Position numbers and translations under genes: made by a program. From Barnesiella sp. (lineage in GTDB: Bacteria > Bacteroidota > Bacteroidia > Bacteroidales > Barnesiellaceae_A), in NCBI GenBank assembly GCA_045645425.1, contig JAZRIS010000004.1, forward strand, positions 103,445 through 167,444: a stretch of 64,000 nt of DNA, in the 5' to 3' direction. A model generated the notes under the pieces. The model searched no databases. It had not been told where the DNA came from and worked only from the letters and a program-made list of their open reading frames with translations. Below, piece by piece: positions 40,055 through 51,237 of the stretch. Numbering within the stretch: position 1 is the first letter of the stretch; each line of letters starts with the position of its first letter.

Positions 40055-40612
40055 TTACTTAGCACCTGCCGACTTACCAGACTTACGACGAACGATTTCA
40101 CCGGCAAAGCGGATACCTTTACCTTTGTAGGGCTCGGGCTTACGCAAAGAGCGAATCTTGGCGCATACTTGGCCAAGGAGTTGTTTGTCGTATGACTCCA
40201 AAGTAATCATGGGGTTTTTATTTCTCTCTGTTTTGGCTTCAACCTTAATCTCGGCGGGGAGTTTAATAACGATAGTGTGAGAGAAACCGAGTGAAAGCTC
40301 AAGTACTTGACCGTTGCTTTGTGCGCGGTAACCAACACCTACCAACTCCATTTCTTTCTTGTAACCTTCCGAAACACCGACAACCATGTTGTTGATGAGT
40401 GCACGATACAAGCCATGTAAAGAGCGGTTTTCTTTTTCATCATCGGCACGCATTACTTCAACGTGACCGTCTTCAACTTTAACAGTGATAGAAGGCGCTA
40501 CTGCTTGTTTGAGTTCACCTTTGGGACCCTTAACAGTAACAACGTTTTCGCTATCAACAGCAATAGTTACTCCGGCGGGGAGAGCTATGGGCAATTTTCC
40601 TATTCTACTCAT
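40055..40612 (-). CDS. rplF: 50S ribosomal protein L6 (uL6)
   Basis: MSRIGKLPIALPAGVTIAVDSENVVTVKGPKGEL... Confidence 0.97.
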   Translation of the reverse strand: MSRIGKLPIALPAGVTIAVDSENVVTVKGPKGELKQAVAPSITVKVEDGHVEVMRADDEKENRSLHGLYRALINNMVVGVSEGYKKEMELVGVGYRAQSNGQVLELSLGFSHTIVIKLPAEIKVEAKTERNKNPMITLESYDKQLLGQVCAKIRSLRKPEPYKGKGIRFAGEIVRRKSGKSAGAK

Positions 40613-40630
40613 AATTTTTCCTCCTGAAGA

Positions 40631-41026
40631 TTAATAGATGTAACACAATACTTCGCCACCTATTTTCAACTCGCGGGCTTCCTTGTCGGTCATAACGCCC
40701 TTAGAAGTAGAGAGGATAGCTATACCCAAACCATTCAATACACGAGGCATATCTTTGTAGCCTGTGTAACGACGCAAACCAGGTGTAGAAACGCGCTCAA
40801 GTTTCTTGATAGCGTTTACCTTGTTTACCGGATCATACTTCAAGGCAATTTTGATAGTGCCTTGTACGCCTTCTTCTACAATCTTGTAGTTCAAGATGTA
40901 ACCTTTTTCAAAAAGGATTTTGGTGATTTCCTTCTTCAAGTTAGAAGCGGGCACCTCAACGACTCTGTGTTGAGCCTTGATGGCGTTTCTCACTCGGGTG
41001 AGGTAATCTGCAATAGGATCTGTCAT
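40631..41026 (-). CDS. rpsH: 30S ribosomal protein S8 (uS8)
   Basis: MTDPIADYLTRVRNAIKAQHRVVEVPASNLKKEI... Confidence 0.97.
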   Translation of the reverse strand: MTDPIADYLTRVRNAIKAQHRVVEVPASNLKKEITKILFEKGYILNYKIVEEGVQGTIKIALKYDPVNKVNAIKKLERVSTPGLRRYTGYKDMPRVLNGLGIAILSTSKGVMTDKEARELKIGGEVLCYIY

Positions 41027-41091
41027 AATTGTTTTGTTTTAAATTGATCTGGACACCCAGACAATATTTAACACTAAAAATAAAAGTTTTC

Positions 41092-41391
41092 TTACCAGCT
41101 GGCTTTCTTTACGCCCGGGATAAGTCCTGCCGATGCCATTTCGCGGAATTGGATACGCGAGATACCAAATTGGCGGATGTAACCTTTGGGACGACCGGTG
41201 AGTTGGCAACGGTTGTGCAAACGTACCGATGAAGCGTTTTTAGGCAAATTCTGAAGTGCGCGGTTGGCTTCGTATGCTACATCATAGTCATCGCTTTTGG
41301 CGAGTTTTTTCAACTCTGCTTTGCGAGCTGCGTATTTAGCAACGAGCTTTTGTCTTTTCACCTCGCGGGCTTTCATTGATTCTTTAGCCAT
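41092..41391 (-). CDS. rpsN: 30S ribosomal protein S14 (uS14), long non-zinc form
   Basis: 99 aa, ...[43 protein letters not shown]. No CxxC pairs. Confidence 0.95.
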   Translation of the reverse strand: MAKESMKAREVKRQKLVAKYAARKAELKKLAKSDDYDVAYEANRALQNLPKNASSVRLHNRCQLTGRPKGYIRQFGISRIQFREMASAGLIPGVKKASW

Positions 41392-41394
41392 ATC

Positions 41395-41952
41395 TTAGTC
41401 GTTTTTTGCGTTCTTAAAAGGAAGACCAAATTCTTTGAGCAAAGCATAACCTTCGGCATCAGTTTGGGCTGAAGTTACAAAGGTAATATTCATTCCGAGA
41501 ATTTTGGTAATTCCATCGAGATTAATTTCAGGGAAAATTATTTGCTCTTGGATACCGAGTGTATAATTTCCACGTCCATCGAGCTTGCCTTCGATACCTT
41601 TGAAGTCGCGGATACGGGGAAGAGCGACACGGATAAGACGCTCGAGGAACTCGTACATACGTTCACGACGAAGTGTTACCATTACACCGATGGGCATTTT
41701 CTTACGCAACTTGAAGTTTGAAATATCTTTGCGCGAGAGTGTTGCAACGGCTTTTTGACCTGTAATGGCTGTCAATTCGTTGATGGCTGTCTCGATAATT
41801 TTCTTATCGGCAGTAGCTTGACCCAAACCTTGATTGATAACAATCTTCTTGAGTACGGGTACTTGCATTACCGAAGTATAGTTAAACTCTTTTTGAAGAG
41901 CAGGTACTATTCTTTCGAGATAGTCTTTCTTAAGATTTGCTGTATTTGTCAT
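41395..41952 (-). CDS. rplE: 50S ribosomal protein L5 (uL5)
   Basis: ...[23 protein letters not shown]...[17 protein letters not shown]... Confidence 0.97.
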   Translation of the reverse strand: MTNTANLKKDYLERIVPALQKEFNYTSVMQVPVLKKIVINQGLGQATADKKIIETAINELTAITGQKAVATLSRKDISNFKLRKKMPIGVMVTLRRERMYEFLERLIRVALPRIRDFKGIEGKLDGRGNYTLGIQEQIIFPEINLDGITKILGMNITFVTSAQTDAEGYALLKEFGLPFKNAKND

Positions 41953-42272
41953 TACTTAATCTCCTCACCAGATTTTTTAGAATAACGTACTGTCACGCCT
42001 GCTTCATTTGTGCGACGACCTATACGAGTAGGCTTACCGGTTTTGGGGTCTACTACGTTGAGGTTCGAGATATGAAGAGGAGCTTCTTTTTTCACTAATC
42101 CTCCTTGAGGATTTTTTGCATTAGGTTTGGTGCTTTTAGTCACCATGTTTACACCCTCTACGATAGCGCGTTGTTCTTTGACAAATACGCGCAATACACG
42201 ACCGGTCTTGCCTTTAGATTCGCCGGCGTTTACATATACGGTGTCACCTTTTTTGATGTGTAACTTGCTCAT
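41952..42272 (-). CDS. rplX: 50S ribosomal protein L24 (uL24)
   Basis: [29 protein letters not shown]... Confidence 0.97.
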   Translation of the reverse strand: MSKLHIKKGDTVYVNAGESKGKTGRVLRVFVKEQRAIVEGVNMVTKSTKPNAKNPQGGLVKKEAPLHISNLNVVDPKTGKPTRIGRRTNEAGVTVRYSKKSGEEIK

Positions 42273-42292
42273 TCTTTTCGTTTATTAGTCGA

Positions 42293-42661
42293 TTAAAGGA
42301 CTTCGGGAGCCAAAGATACGATTTTCATCATGTTAGCAGCACGCAATTCTCTCGCCACCGGTCCGAAAATGCGGCTACCTCTTAGCTCGCCGGCGTTATT
42401 TAACAGCACACATGCATTGTCGTCAAAACGGATGTATGAACCGTCGGCACGACGTACTTCTTTCTTTGTACGTACGATAACGGCTTTCGATACAGTACCT
42501 TTCTTCATATCACTTGAAGGTATCACGCTCTTAACGGTTACGACGATGATGTCGCCTACCGAAGCGTAACGACGACCTGTACCACCTAATACGCGGATGC
42601 AAAGAGCCTCTTTGGCTCCGCTGTTATCGGCTACTGTAAGTCTCGATTCTTGTTGTATCAT
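42293..42661 (-). CDS. rplN: 50S ribosomal protein L14 (uL14)
   Basis: [27 protein letters not shown]... Confidence 0.97.
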   Translation of the reverse strand: MIQQESRLTVADNSGAKEALCIRVLGGTGRRYASVGDIIVVTVKSVIPSSDMKKGTVSKAVIVRTKKEVRRADGSYIRFDDNACVLLNNAGELRGSRIFGPVARELRAANMMKIVSLAPEVL

Positions 42662-42663
42662 AA

Positions 42664-42921
42664 TTACTTAGCTCTTTCGATGATTTGTACTAATCTCCAT
42701 CTTTTAGTTTTGCTCAGCGGACGAGTTTCCATCAAACGTACTGTATCGCCGATGTTGCATTCGTTTTTCTCGTCATGGGCGTGGTATTTTTTCGTTTTAT
42801 TTACGAATTTACCATAAATCGGGTGTTTCTCTTTCCACTTAACGGTTACGACGATTGTCTTATCCATTTTGTTGCTCGAAACAACGCCGACTCTTTCTTT
42901 TCTTAGATTTCTCTTTTCCAT
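42664..42921 (-). CDS. rpsQ: 30S ribosomal protein S17 (uS17)
   Basis: ...[34 protein letters not shown]... Confidence 0.97.
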   Translation of the reverse strand: MEKRNLRKERVGVVSSNKMDKTIVVTVKWKEKHPIYGKFVNKTKKYHAHDEKNECNIGDTVRLMETRPLSKTKRWRLVQIIERAK

Positions 42922-42927
42922 GTCGGT

Positions 42928-43125
42928 TTATTTGTTGTTGAGTTCGCGACTACGAAGCTCGGTTTTCATACGAGCAATCATTTTGCGGTCTTGTGTGATC
43001 TTGGCAGGGTTGTCGAGGGGTGACACGCTGTGGTTGATCTCCAATTGATTGAGGGCCACTACTGCTGCCTCAAGACGCTCGTTGAGCTCTTTTGTGCTCA
43101 GCTCTTTGATTTCTGCTTTATTCAT
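42928..43125 (-). CDS. rpmC: 50S ribosomal protein L29 (uL29)
   Basis: MNKAEIKELSTKELNERLEAAVVALNQLEINH... Confidence 0.95.
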   Translation of the reverse strand: MNKAEIKELSTKELNERLEAAVVALNQLEINHSVSPLDNPAKITQDRKMIARMKTELRSRELNNK

Positions 43126-43128
43126 ATC

Positions 43129-43560
43129 TTAGACATTTTGGCTCTCATCGTAATCACGACGAACGATAAACTTGGTTACTACGGGGAGTTTTTGAGCTGC
43201 AAGACGCAATGCCTCTTTGGCTACTTCATAGGGTACACCTTCAACCTCAATGAGGATACGACCGGGAGTAACGGGTGCCACAAAACCTTCGGGCGAACCT
43301 TTACCTTTACCCATACGCACTTCGGCGGGTTTCTTGGTAATCGGTTTATCGGGGAAGATACGAATCCATATCTGTCCTTGACGTTGCATGTAGCGGGTAA
43401 CGGCAATACGAGCAGCCTCGATTTGACGACCGGTAATCCACTTTGCTTGCAAGGTCTTTATGCCAAATGAACCGAAGGCCAACTGGTTACCTCTTTGGGC
43501 ATTGCCTTTCATGCGTCCTTTCTGTTGTCTTCTGAATTTTGTTTTCTTCGGTTGTAACAT
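43129..43560 (-). CDS. rplP: 50S ribosomal protein L16 (uL16)
   Basis: [33 protein letters not shown]... Confidence 0.97.
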   Translation of the reverse strand: MLQPKKTKFRRQQKGRMKGNAQRGNQLAFGSFGIKTLQAKWITGRQIEAARIAVTRYMQRQGQIWIRIFPDKPITKKPAEVRMGKGKGSPEGFVAPVTPGRILIEVEGVPYEVAKEALRLAAQKLPVVTKFIVRRDYDESQNV

Positions 43561-43580
43561 GGTTTACTTTTTCAATGCGT

Positions 43581-44300
43581 TTAACGATTATTTTTGGGTT
43601 TACGGAAGCCTTTTTTGGGGCCGTTACCGGCACCGCGAGACTCCTTGGCATTGGTAGTGAATGAGGGAGCAAGGTCGCGCTTGCCATATACCTCACCACG
43701 GCAAATCCATACTTTTACACCAATGATACCCACTTTGGTCAATGCTTCAACAAGAGCATAGTCAATATCGGCACGGAGAGTGTGAAGGGGAGTACGACCC
43801 TCTTTGAACATCTCTGAACGAGCCATTTCAGCGCCATTAAGACGACCTGAAATTTGGATTTTGATACCTTCGGCACCCATGCGCATTGTCGAAGCGATAG
43901 CCATCTTCACAGCACGACGATAGGCAATCTTGCCTTCGATTTGACGAGCTACTTGGTTAGCTACGATAACAGCATCGAGTTCGGGGCGTTTTACCTCATA
44001 GATATTGATTTGTACCTCTTTGTCGGTAATTTTCTTCAACTCTTCTTTGAGCTTATCTACCTCTTGGCCGCCTTTACCAATGATCAGACCGGGGCGAGCC
44101 GTACACACCGTAATGGTAGTGAGCTTGAGAGTGCGCTCGATGATGATACGCGACACGCTGGCTTTGGCAAGACGGGCATTGAGATACTTACGTATTTTGC
44201 TGTCTTCCAGCAGACGTTCGCTGTAGTGACCATACCAGTTAGAGTCCCAACCACGTATGATACCCAAACGGTTACTTATCGGATTAATTTTCTGTCCCAT
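43581..44300 (-). CDS. rpsC: 30S ribosomal protein S3 (uS3)
   Basis: [23 protein letters not shown]... KH domain plus a basic C-terminal tail. Confidence 0.97.
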   Translation of the reverse strand: MGQKINPISNRLGIIRGWDSNWYGHYSERLLEDSKIRKYLNARLAKASVSRIIIERTLKLTTITVCTARPGLIIGKGGQEVDKLKEELKKITDKEVQINIYEVKRPELDAVIVANQVARQIEGKIAYRRAVKMAIASTMRMGAEGIKIQISGRLNGAEMARSEMFKEGRTPLHTLRADIDYALVEALTKVGIIGVKVWICRGEVYGKRDLAPSFTTNAKESRGAGNGPKKGFRKPKNNR

Positions 44301-44308
44301 CGAGCAAT

Positions 44309-44716
44309 TTAATTTTGATCGTTTTTAGTAATTGTATCTACAAACAAGGTTACATGGTTTGAACGTTTGCGTATTCTGTAACCTCTTCCTTGAGGAGCAG
44401 GACGAAGGCGTTTGAGCATAGCTGCACTATCTACAAAGATTTTTGAGATGTAGAGCTCGCCGCTTTCGGCCTTGCGCTCGTTTTTCTGTTCCCAGTTGGC
44501 AATGGCCGAACGGAGCAGTTTTTCGAGTCTTTGAGAAGCCTCTTTGTTAGAGAACTTGAGTACACCCAAAGCCTTGAACACTTCCATTCCTCTTACCATA
44601 TCGGCAGCCAAACGCATTTTGCGAGGCGAGGTGGGCACGTTGTTCAGCTTTGCGAAGTACTGGGTTTTCAGGGCTTCTTTTCTATTATCGGCTGATATTT
44701 TTTTTCTTACACCCAT
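44309..44716 (-). CDS. rplV: 50S ribosomal protein L22 (uL22)
   Basis: ...[32 protein letters not shown]... Confidence 0.97.
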   Translation of the reverse strand: MGVRKKISADNRKEALKTQYFAKLNNVPTSPRKMRLAADMVRGMEVFKALGVLKFSNKEASQRLEKLLRSAIANWEQKNERKAESGELYISKIFVDSAAMLKRLRPAPQGRGYRIRKRSNHVTLFVDTITKNDQN

Positions 44717-44762
44717 TTCTTAATGTTTTTTTGTATTATAAATATATGTATTCCCTTAGGCC

Positions 44763-45032
44763 TTATTTTTTCTTGTTACCACTGTGACCACGGAAGTTAC
44801 GAGTGAGGGCAAACTCGCCCAACTTGTGACCTACCATGTTTTCTGTAACATAAACGGGAATAAACTTGTTACCATTGTGAACGGCGAAAGTATGACCTAC
44901 GAAGTCGGGAGAAATCATAGATGCGCGTGACCATGTTTTGATAACGGCTTTTTTACCGCTTTCATTCATAGCAGCGACTTTCTTGTCGAGCTTCACACTG
45001 ATAAATGGGCCTTTTTTCAATGAACGACTCAT
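44763..45032 (-). CDS. rpsS: 30S ribosomal protein S19 (uS19)
   Basis: [19 protein letters not shown]...[33 protein letters not shown]. Confidence 0.97.
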   Translation of the reverse strand: MSRSLKKGPFISVKLDKKVAAMNESGKKAVIKTWSRASMISPDFVGHTFAVHNGNKFIPVYVTENMVGHKLGEFALTRNFRGHSGNKKK

Positions 45033-45052
45033 GTTCTTTTCAGTTTTTCAGA

Positions 45053-45877
45053 TTACTTTTTCCTTCTTTCAATGATATACTTCGAAGATTGTTTCTTCGG
45101 TGCGCGAGTCTTCAAGCCCTTAGCATAAAGACCCTTGCGTGAACGAGGATGACCTCCCGATGCACGACCTTCACCACCACCCATGGGGTGATCAACAGGG
45201 TTCATAACAACACCACGGTTGCGGGGACGACGACCCAACCAACGTGAGCGACCGGCTTTACCTGATTGCTCAAGGGCGTGGTCTGAGTTACCTACACTAC
45301 CGATAGTGGCCTTGCAAGTAGCCAAGATTTTGCGTGTTTCACCTGAAGGCAACTTGATAATTGCATAGTTACCTTCCTTCGAAGTAAGCTGGGCGAAAGT
45401 ACCGGCCGAGCGTACCATGAAGGCACCTTGTCCGGGGCGAAGCTCAATGTTGTGGATTACAGTACCTACGGGTATGTCTTTCAAGGGAAGACAGTTACCA
45501 ATCTCGGGTGCTGCATTTGAACCACTCATTACAGTCATGCCAACTTCCAAACCGTTGGGTGCAATAATATAACGTTTCTCACCATCGACATAGAAAAGCA
45601 ATGCGATACGAGCCGAACGATTGGGATCGTATTCGATTGTTTTTACTACTGCGGGTACACCGTCTTTCTCTCTCTTAAAGTCGATAAATCTGTAGCGTTG
45701 TTTGTGACCGCCACCGATATAACGCATTGTAAGGTGGCCTTCATTGTTGCGGCCACCGGTTTTTCTCTTACCAACAATAAGAGACTTCTCAGGTGCACTA
45801 GCAGTGATTTTATCAAATGCACCTATAACTTTGTGTCTCTGCCCCGGTGTAGTGGGCTTTAGTTTACGTACTGCCAT
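45053..45877 (-). CDS. rplB: 50S ribosomal protein L2 (uL2)
   Basis: [17 protein letters not shown]...[21 protein letters not shown]. Confidence 0.97.
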   Translation of the reverse strand: MAVRKLKPTTPGQRHKVIGAFDKITASAPEKSLIVGKRKTGGRNNEGHLTMRYIGGGHKQRYRFIDFKREKDGVPAVVKTIEYDPNRSARIALLFYVDGEKRYIIAPNGLEVGMTVMSGSNAAPEIGNCLPLKDIPVGTVIHNIELRPGQGAFMVRSAGTFAQLTSKEGNYAIIKLPSGETRKILATCKATIGSVGNSDHALEQSGKAGRSRWLGRRPRNRGVVMNPVDHPMGGGEGRASGGHPRSRKGLYAKGLKTRAPKKQSSKYIIERRKK

Positions 45878-45883
45878 TATTTA

Positions 45884-46174
45884 TTAAATATTGCTGAAAA
45901 AATCTATTGTTTCACCATCTTTTACTGTTACCAACGCCTTTTTGTAAGTAGCGGTACGGCCTTCGATGATGCCAGACTTTGTATAGCGGCTCTTGTTCTT
46001 GCCGGCTACAATCATAGTGTTTACAGCCACAACTTTAACGCCGTAGAGTTTCTCTACTGCGTCTTTAATCTCAGCTTTGGTAGCTTTAGGATCGACACGG
46101 AAGCCGAAGCGGTTATACTTCTCGCTTATTTGTGTCATCTTTTCAGTTACTATAGGTTTTATAATGATTCCCAT
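45884..46174 (-). CDS. rplW: 50S ribosomal protein L23 (uL23)
   Basis: [48 protein letters not shown]. Confidence 0.95.
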   Translation of the reverse strand: MGIIIKPIVTEKMTQISEKYNRFGFRVDPKATKAEIKDAVEKLYGVKVVAVNTMIVAGKNKSRYTKSGIIEGRTATYKKALVTVKDGETIDFFSNI

Positions 46175-46193
46175 CGTTTTTGCCTCCTATACA

Positions 46194-46814
46194 TTAAAAT
46201 TGATTGATAGCTGCCAAGGCACTCTCAGTAAGCACAAGCGCTTTATTATCAAGCACTTTGTAAGTATTGAGGTCCGAGAGAGTTATCACTCTTGCATTTG
46301 TCAAATTTCTGGCCGACAAATATACGTTTTTATTTTGTTCTGACAAAACCAAAACGAGCTTTTTATCAGCTACTTGCAAATTTTTTGCCAAAGCAACGAA
46401 GTCTTTGGTCTTGGGAGCCTCAAACGAGAAGTCCTCAACTACTACGATGGCGTTCTCTTGAGCCTTGTAAGTAAGGGCCGATTTGCGAGCCAAAGCTTTT
46501 ACTTTCTTGTTGAGTTTGAAGCGGTAATCGCGGGGTTTGGGACCGAATACACGGCCACCACCTACCAATACGGGCGAGTTGATATCACCGATACGGGCAC
46601 CACCGGTACCTTTTTGTTTGTGAAGCTTGCGAGTACTACCCGATACTTCGCTTCTCTCTTTTGACTTGTGAGTACCTTGACGTTGGTTGGCAAGATATTG
46701 CTTTACGTCCAAGTAAATAGCGTGGTCGTTGGGCTCAACACCGAATACGGCATCGTTCAAAGCCACCTTCTTACCGGTGTCTTGACCTTGGATGTTATAT
46801 ACGCTCAGTTCCAT
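46194..46814 (-). CDS. rplD: 50S ribosomal protein L4 (uL4)
   Basis: ...[33 protein letters not shown]... Confidence 0.97.
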   Translation of the reverse strand: MELSVYNIQGQDTGKKVALNDAVFGVEPNDHAIYLDVKQYLANQRQGTHKSKERSEVSGSTRKLHKQKGTGGARIGDINSPVLVGGGRVFGPKPRDYRFKLNKKVKALARKSALTYKAQENAIVVVEDFSFEAPKTKDFVALAKNLQVADKKLVLVLSEQNKNVYLSARNLTNARVITLSDLNTYKVLDNKALVLTESALAAINQF

Positions 46815-47425
46815 TACTTTTCAATTATTACGATTGAACCTTTACAACCGGGAACCGAACCTTTGATAACGAGGAGGTTGTGCTCCGGCATAACATTTAA
46901 CACTTGAAGGTTTTGCACTGTTACGCGTTGGTTACCCATTTGACCGGCCATGCGTGTACCTTTGAATACGCGTGCGGGGTATGAACATGCACCGATAGAA
47001 CCGGGTGCACGAAGGCGGTTGTGCTGACCGTGTGTAGTTTGACCTACACCACCAAAACCGTGACGTTTTACAACACCTTGGAAACCTTTACCCTTAGAGG
47101 TACCTACTACTGTTACAAAAGCTGCGTCGGCGAATAGATCTACACCAATTTCGTCACCAAGCTTGTACTCAGCATCAAATTTGAACTCGGCCAAGTGTCT
47201 CTTGGGTGCTACTCCGGCTTTCTTAAAGTGACCGATTTGGGGCTTGTTAGTGTGTTTCTCTTTTTTGTCCATGAAACCTACTTGAACAGCCTCATAACCG
47301 TCAGTCTCAACAGTCTTTACTTGAGTAACTACGCAAGGACCAACTTCGATAACTGTGCAGGGTACATTCTTACCCTCACTGAAAACGGATGTCATTCCGA
47401 TTTTCTTTCCTAATAATCCTGGCAT
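46814..47425 (-). CDS. rplC: 50S ribosomal protein L3 (uL3)
   Basis: [37 protein letters not shown]... Confidence 0.97.
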   Translation of the reverse strand: MPGLLGKKIGMTSVFSEGKNVPCTVIEVGPCVVTQVKTVETDGYEAVQVGFMDKKEKHTNKPQIGHFKKAGVAPKRHLAEFKFDAEYKLGDEIGVDLFADAAFVTVVGTSKGKGFQGVVKRHGFGGVGQTTHGQHNRLRAPGSIGACSYPARVFKGTRMAGQMGNQRVTVQNLQVLNVMPEHNLLVIKGSVPGCKGSIVIIEK

Positions 47426-47450
47426 TTCTTTTCTTTGTTAATAATGATGA

Positions 47451-47756
47451 TTACACTTTAATTTCTACATGTACGCCGCTGGGCAATTCCAACTTCATCA
47501 AAGCATCTACTGTTTGAGTTGTTGAACCGTAGATGTCGATAAGGCGTTTGTACGAACACAATTCAAACTGCTCTCTCGATTTTTTGTTTACGAATGTAGA
47601 GCGGTTTACTGTGAAGATACGTTTGTGAGTGGGTAGGGGCACGGGGCCTTTCCAAGAAGCACCTGTAGCCTTCACAGCGTCCACGATCTTTTTGGATGAC
47701 TTATCAACCAAGTTGTGATCGTAAGATTTCAGTTTAATTCTGATTTTTTGTTCCAT
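47451..47756 (-). CDS. rpsJ: 30S ribosomal protein S10 (uS10)
   Basis: [33 protein letters not shown]... Confidence 0.97.
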   Translation of the reverse strand: MEQKIRIKLKSYDHNLVDKSSKKIVDAVKATGASWKGPVPLPTHKRIFTVNRSTFVNKKSREQFELCSYKRLIDIYGSTTQTVDALMKLELPSGVHVEIKV

Positions 47757-47779
47757 TTTATTTTATATGCTACTATTTT

Positions 47780-49903
47780 TTACAATAAATCGGCGCGACC
47801 GTTTACTTCGGCCAACACTGTCTTGGCTATTGATGTGCTTACCTCGTCGTAGTGTGAGAACGACATAGTAGATGTTGCACGACCCGATGTGATGGTACGC
47901 AATGCTGTTACATAACCAAACATCTCTGCGAGAGGTGTTTTAGCTTTCACAATGCGAGCACCCGAACGGCTCGACTCCATACCCTCTACTTGACCACGAC
48001 GTTTGTTAAGGTCTGAGATTACATCACCCATGCTTTCTTCGGGAGTAACAACCTCAACTTTCATGATGGGCTCAAGCAATACGGGACGTGCCTTGGCACA
48101 TGCCTCTTTGAAGGCTTGGATAGCACAAAGCTCAAATGAGAGTTGGTCTGAATCGACGGGGTGATATTGTCCATCAAGCACAGTCACCTTGAGTGAATCC
48201 AAGGGGAAGCCGGCCAATACACCGCTCTTCATTGCTGAAGTGAAACCTTTTTGGATAGCAGGGATAAACTCTTTGGGAATGTTACCACCCTTAACCTCAT
48301 CAACAAATTGAAGACCACCTTCAAAGCCGGGATCGGCAGGCTCGATACGTACTACGATAACCGCAAACTTACCGCGACCACCCGATTGTTTCTTGAATGC
48401 CTCACGATGCTCAACAGATGTTGTGATAGCCTCTTTGTAAGTAACTTGAGGACGACCTTGGTTACACTCTACCTTAAACTCGCGACGCAAGCGGTCGATA
48501 ATAATATCCAAGTGAAGCTCACCCATACCGCTGATAACTGTTTGACCTGTTTCCTCGTTAGTTTGTACGCGGAATGTGGGGTCTTCCTCAGCGAGTTTTT
48601 GAAGACCAACACCGAGTTTGTCAAGGTCTTTTTGAGTCTTGGGCTCAACAGCGATACCGATAACGGGCTCGGGGAAGTCCATAGCCTCAAGAATGATGGG
48701 AGCATCTTCGGCACAAAGAGTATCACCGGTGCGAATATCTTTGAAACCTACTCCGGCACCGATATCACCACAACCGATTACATCTTTGGGATTTTGTTTG
48801 TTTGAGTGCATTTGGAAAAGACGCGATACACGCTCTTTCTTGCCCGAACGAGCATTGAGAATGTATGTACCGGCTACCATCTCACCCGAATATACGCGGA
48901 AGAAGCAAAGACGACCTACATAGGGGTCGGTTGCAATCTTGAACGCCAATGCACACATAGGCTCTGTTGAGAGAGGCTGACGTGTAACTACTGCCTCGGG
49001 ATCATCAATGGGGTGACCCTCAACAGCGGGAGTATCGGCGGGGCTGGGGAGGTATGCACATACCGAGTTAAGAAGTGTTTGAACACCTTTGTTTTTGAAC
49101 GACGAGCCACATACCATAGGAACGATAGACATCGAGAGAGTACCCTTGCGGATAGCTGCACGAATTTCTTCCTCGGTAATAGTAGCGGGATCATCAAAGT
49201 ATTTTTCCATGAGAGCCTCATCGCACTCTGCGATAGCTTCCAACATTTTCTCGCGCCACTCCTCGGCCTCATCTTTCAACGAAGCGGGTATTTCAGTCAC
49301 TTCAAAGTCTGCACCCATAGTTTCGTCGTTCCATACGATAGCCTTCATAGCTACAAGGTCAATTACGCCCTTGAAAGTCTCTTCAGCACCGATAGGAATT
49401 TGAATAGGACAGGGATTTGCACCGAGAACCTCTTTGAGCTGACGAACAACCTCAAAGAAGTTGGCACCCGAACGGTCCATTTTGTTTACATAACCGATAC
49501 GGGGTACGTTATACTTATCAGCTTGACGCCATACAGTTTCCGATTGGGGCTCAACACCACCTACGGCACAGAAAGCAGCAACGGCACCATCAAGCACACG
49601 CAATGAACGCTCTACCTCAACAGTAAAGTCAACGTGTCCCGGGGTGTCAATCAAGTTGATTTTATATTTCTCATCACGATAGTTCCAGAATGTGGTTGTA
49701 GCAGCAGATTGGATAGTAATACCACGCTCTTGCTCTTGTTCCATCCAGTCCATGGTAGCTGCACCATCGTGCACCTCACCAATCTTGTGAGTAAGACCTG
49801 TATAGAAAAGAATACGTTCAGAAGTTGTGGTTTTACCGGCATCAATGTGCGCCATAATACCAATATTTCTGGTATATTTCAATTGTGCATCAGAACTAGC
49901 CAT
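47780..49903 (-). CDS. fusA: elongation factor G
   Basis: 707 aa. G1 motif [20 protein letters not shown], also DTPGHVDF and NKMD. Confidence 0.97.
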   Translation of the reverse strand: MASSDAQLKYTRNIGIMAHIDAGKTTTSERILFYTGLTHKIGEVHDGAATMDWMEQEQERGITIQSAATTTFWNYRDEKYKINLIDTPGHVDFTVEVERSLRVLDGAVAAFCAVGGVEPQSETVWRQADKYNVPRIGYVNKMDRSGANFFEVVRQLKEVLGANPCPIQIPIGAEETFKGVIDLVAMKAIVWNDETMGADFEVTEIPASLKDEAEEWREKMLEAIAECDEALMEKYFDDPATITEEEIRAAIRKGTLSMSIVPMVCGSSFKNKGVQTLLNSVCAYLPSPADTPAVEGHPIDDPEAVVTRQPLSTEPMCALAFKIATDPYVGRLCFFRVYSGEMVAGTYILNARSGKKERVSRLFQMHSNKQNPKDVIGCGDIGAGVGFKDIRTGDTLCAEDAPIILEAMDFPEPVIGIAVEPKTQKDLDKLGVGLQKLAEEDPTFRVQTNEETGQTVISGMGELHLDIIIDRLRREFKVECNQGRPQVTYKEAITTSVEHREAFKKQSGGRGKFAVIVVRIEPADPGFEGGLQFVDEVKGGNIPKEFIPAIQKGFTSAMKSGVLAGFPLDSLKVTVLDGQYHPVDSDQLSFELCAIQAFKEACAKARPVLLEPIMKVEVVTPEESMGDVISDLNKRRGQVEGMESSRSGARIVKAKTPLAEMFGYVTALRTITSGRATSTMSFSHYDEVSTSIAKTVLAEVNGRADLL

Positions 49904-49930
49904 TTTCTTTATTCTTTATTACATTAATAA

Positions 49931-50407
49931 TTAGAAACGGAAGTGAGCGAATGCACGGTTAGCCTCGGCCATCTTGTGCATATCCTCTTTACGCTTGAAT
50001 GCACCACCTTGCTCGTTGAAGGCATCAACAATCTCAGCAGCCAACTTGTCGGCCATTGTTTTGCCACCTCTTTTACGAGAGTAGTTAATAAGGTTTTTCA
50101 TTGAAATCGACTCTTTGCGGTCGGGACGGATATCGGTAGGTACTTGGAATGTTGCACCACCAATACGACGTGATTTTACCTCCACTTGGGGAGTTACATT
50201 TTCGAGGGCTTTCTTCCAGATTTCGAGAGCAGACTTTTCCTCGTTAGGCATTTTTGATTTCACAATTTCCAATGCACCATAGAAGATGGTATAGGCAGTA
50301 TTTTTCTTGCCATCATACATCAAGTGGTTTACGAACTTCGTAACCCTTACATCACTGAAAACGGGATCAGGTAATACAACCCGTTTTTTAGGTTTTGCTT
50401 TTCTCAT
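49931..50407 (-). CDS. rpsG: 30S ribosomal protein S7 (uS7)
   Basis: [39 protein letters not shown]... Confidence 0.97.
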   Translation of the reverse strand: MRKAKPKKRVVLPDPVFSDVRVTKFVNHLMYDGKKNTAYTIFYGALEIVKSKMPNEEKSALEIWKKALENVTPQVEVKSRRIGGATFQVPTDIRPDRKESISMKNLINYSRKRGGKTMADKLAAEIVDAFNEQGGAFKRKEDMHKMAEANRAFAHFRF

Positions 50408-50569
50408 TTCTTTTTTAAAATCTTGTTCTTTTTTTGGTTGCTTATTACATCTTCAACAAGAGCCTCTGCTCTTATTTACTCAACCCAATCAGCCTATCCA
50501 AAAAACGCGAACCTGCGTTTAACACTAATTTAACTGAGTTTCTTTACTGTCTTTTTGACGGCGGGTCAA

Positions 50570-50974
50570 TTACTTCTTACCCTTTGTCGCAGTAGCAGCA
50601 CCTGCTTTAGGTCTTTTGGCTCCGTATTTCGAGCGACGTTGCAAACGACCATTAACACCACTTGTGTCAAGAGTACCACGTACAATGTGATAACGTACAC
50701 CGGGGAGGTCTTTTACACGACCGCCACGAACAAGTACAATCGAGTGCTCTTGCAAGTTGTGACCCTCTCCGGGGATATAAGAGTTTACCTCTTTACCGTT
50801 TGTCAAGCGCACACGAGCTACTTTACGCATAGCCGAGTTAGGTTTTTTGGGAGTAGTAGTGTACACACGCACACATACGCCACGACGTTGAGGACATGAG
50901 TCCAACGCGGGTGACTTACTCTTGTCTTCCAAAACAACCCTTCCTTTTCTTACTAATTGCTGAATTGTAGGCAT
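50570..50974 (-). CDS. rpsL: 30S ribosomal protein S12 (uS12)
   Basis: [57 protein letters not shown]... Confidence 0.97.
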   Translation of the reverse strand: MPTIQQLVRKGRVVLEDKSKSPALDSCPQRRGVCVRVYTTTPKKPNSAMRKVARVRLTNGKEVNSYIPGEGHNLQEHSIVLVRGGRVKDLPGVRYHIVRGTLDTSGVNGRLQRRSKYGAKRPKAGAATATKGKK

Positions 50975-51116
50975 TTTAGAACTTTTTTAATACTTAATTT
51001 TGTTATAAATTATATTTTCTCGTTTACAATATTATTTCGCTCAAAACACACCTTTACTCTCACACAATCAATCGATTAACCGAGAATATTGGCTCATTTA
51101 GGGCGAAAAAGCGAGG

Positions 51117-51124
51117 CAAAGATA
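51117..51124 (-). promoter_or_regulatory. -7 box TATCTTTG (minus strand) upstream of rpsL
   Basis: The plus strand reads CAAAGATA, an exact TAnnTTTG on the minus strand ~143 nt upstream of the rpsL ATG. This implies a long 5' UTR. Confidence 0.4.
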
Positions 51125-51237
51125 CAAACTAATTCGTTTAAAACCAAACATTTTAGCTATAAAATTGCGATTGAGTGATTTTTGCACATTTATCAAGCGG
51201 CTTAGCACAATACCGCCGACTACCCTTCTCTACTCTT

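Noticed and set aside
33504-50899. Numerous + strand ORFs across the ribosomal operon (e.g. 35226..36002 at 258 aa, 37557..38138, 49013..49606)
   Set aside because: They are antisense to unmistakable ribosomal, SecY and EF-G genes, with no independent start context or recognisable family.
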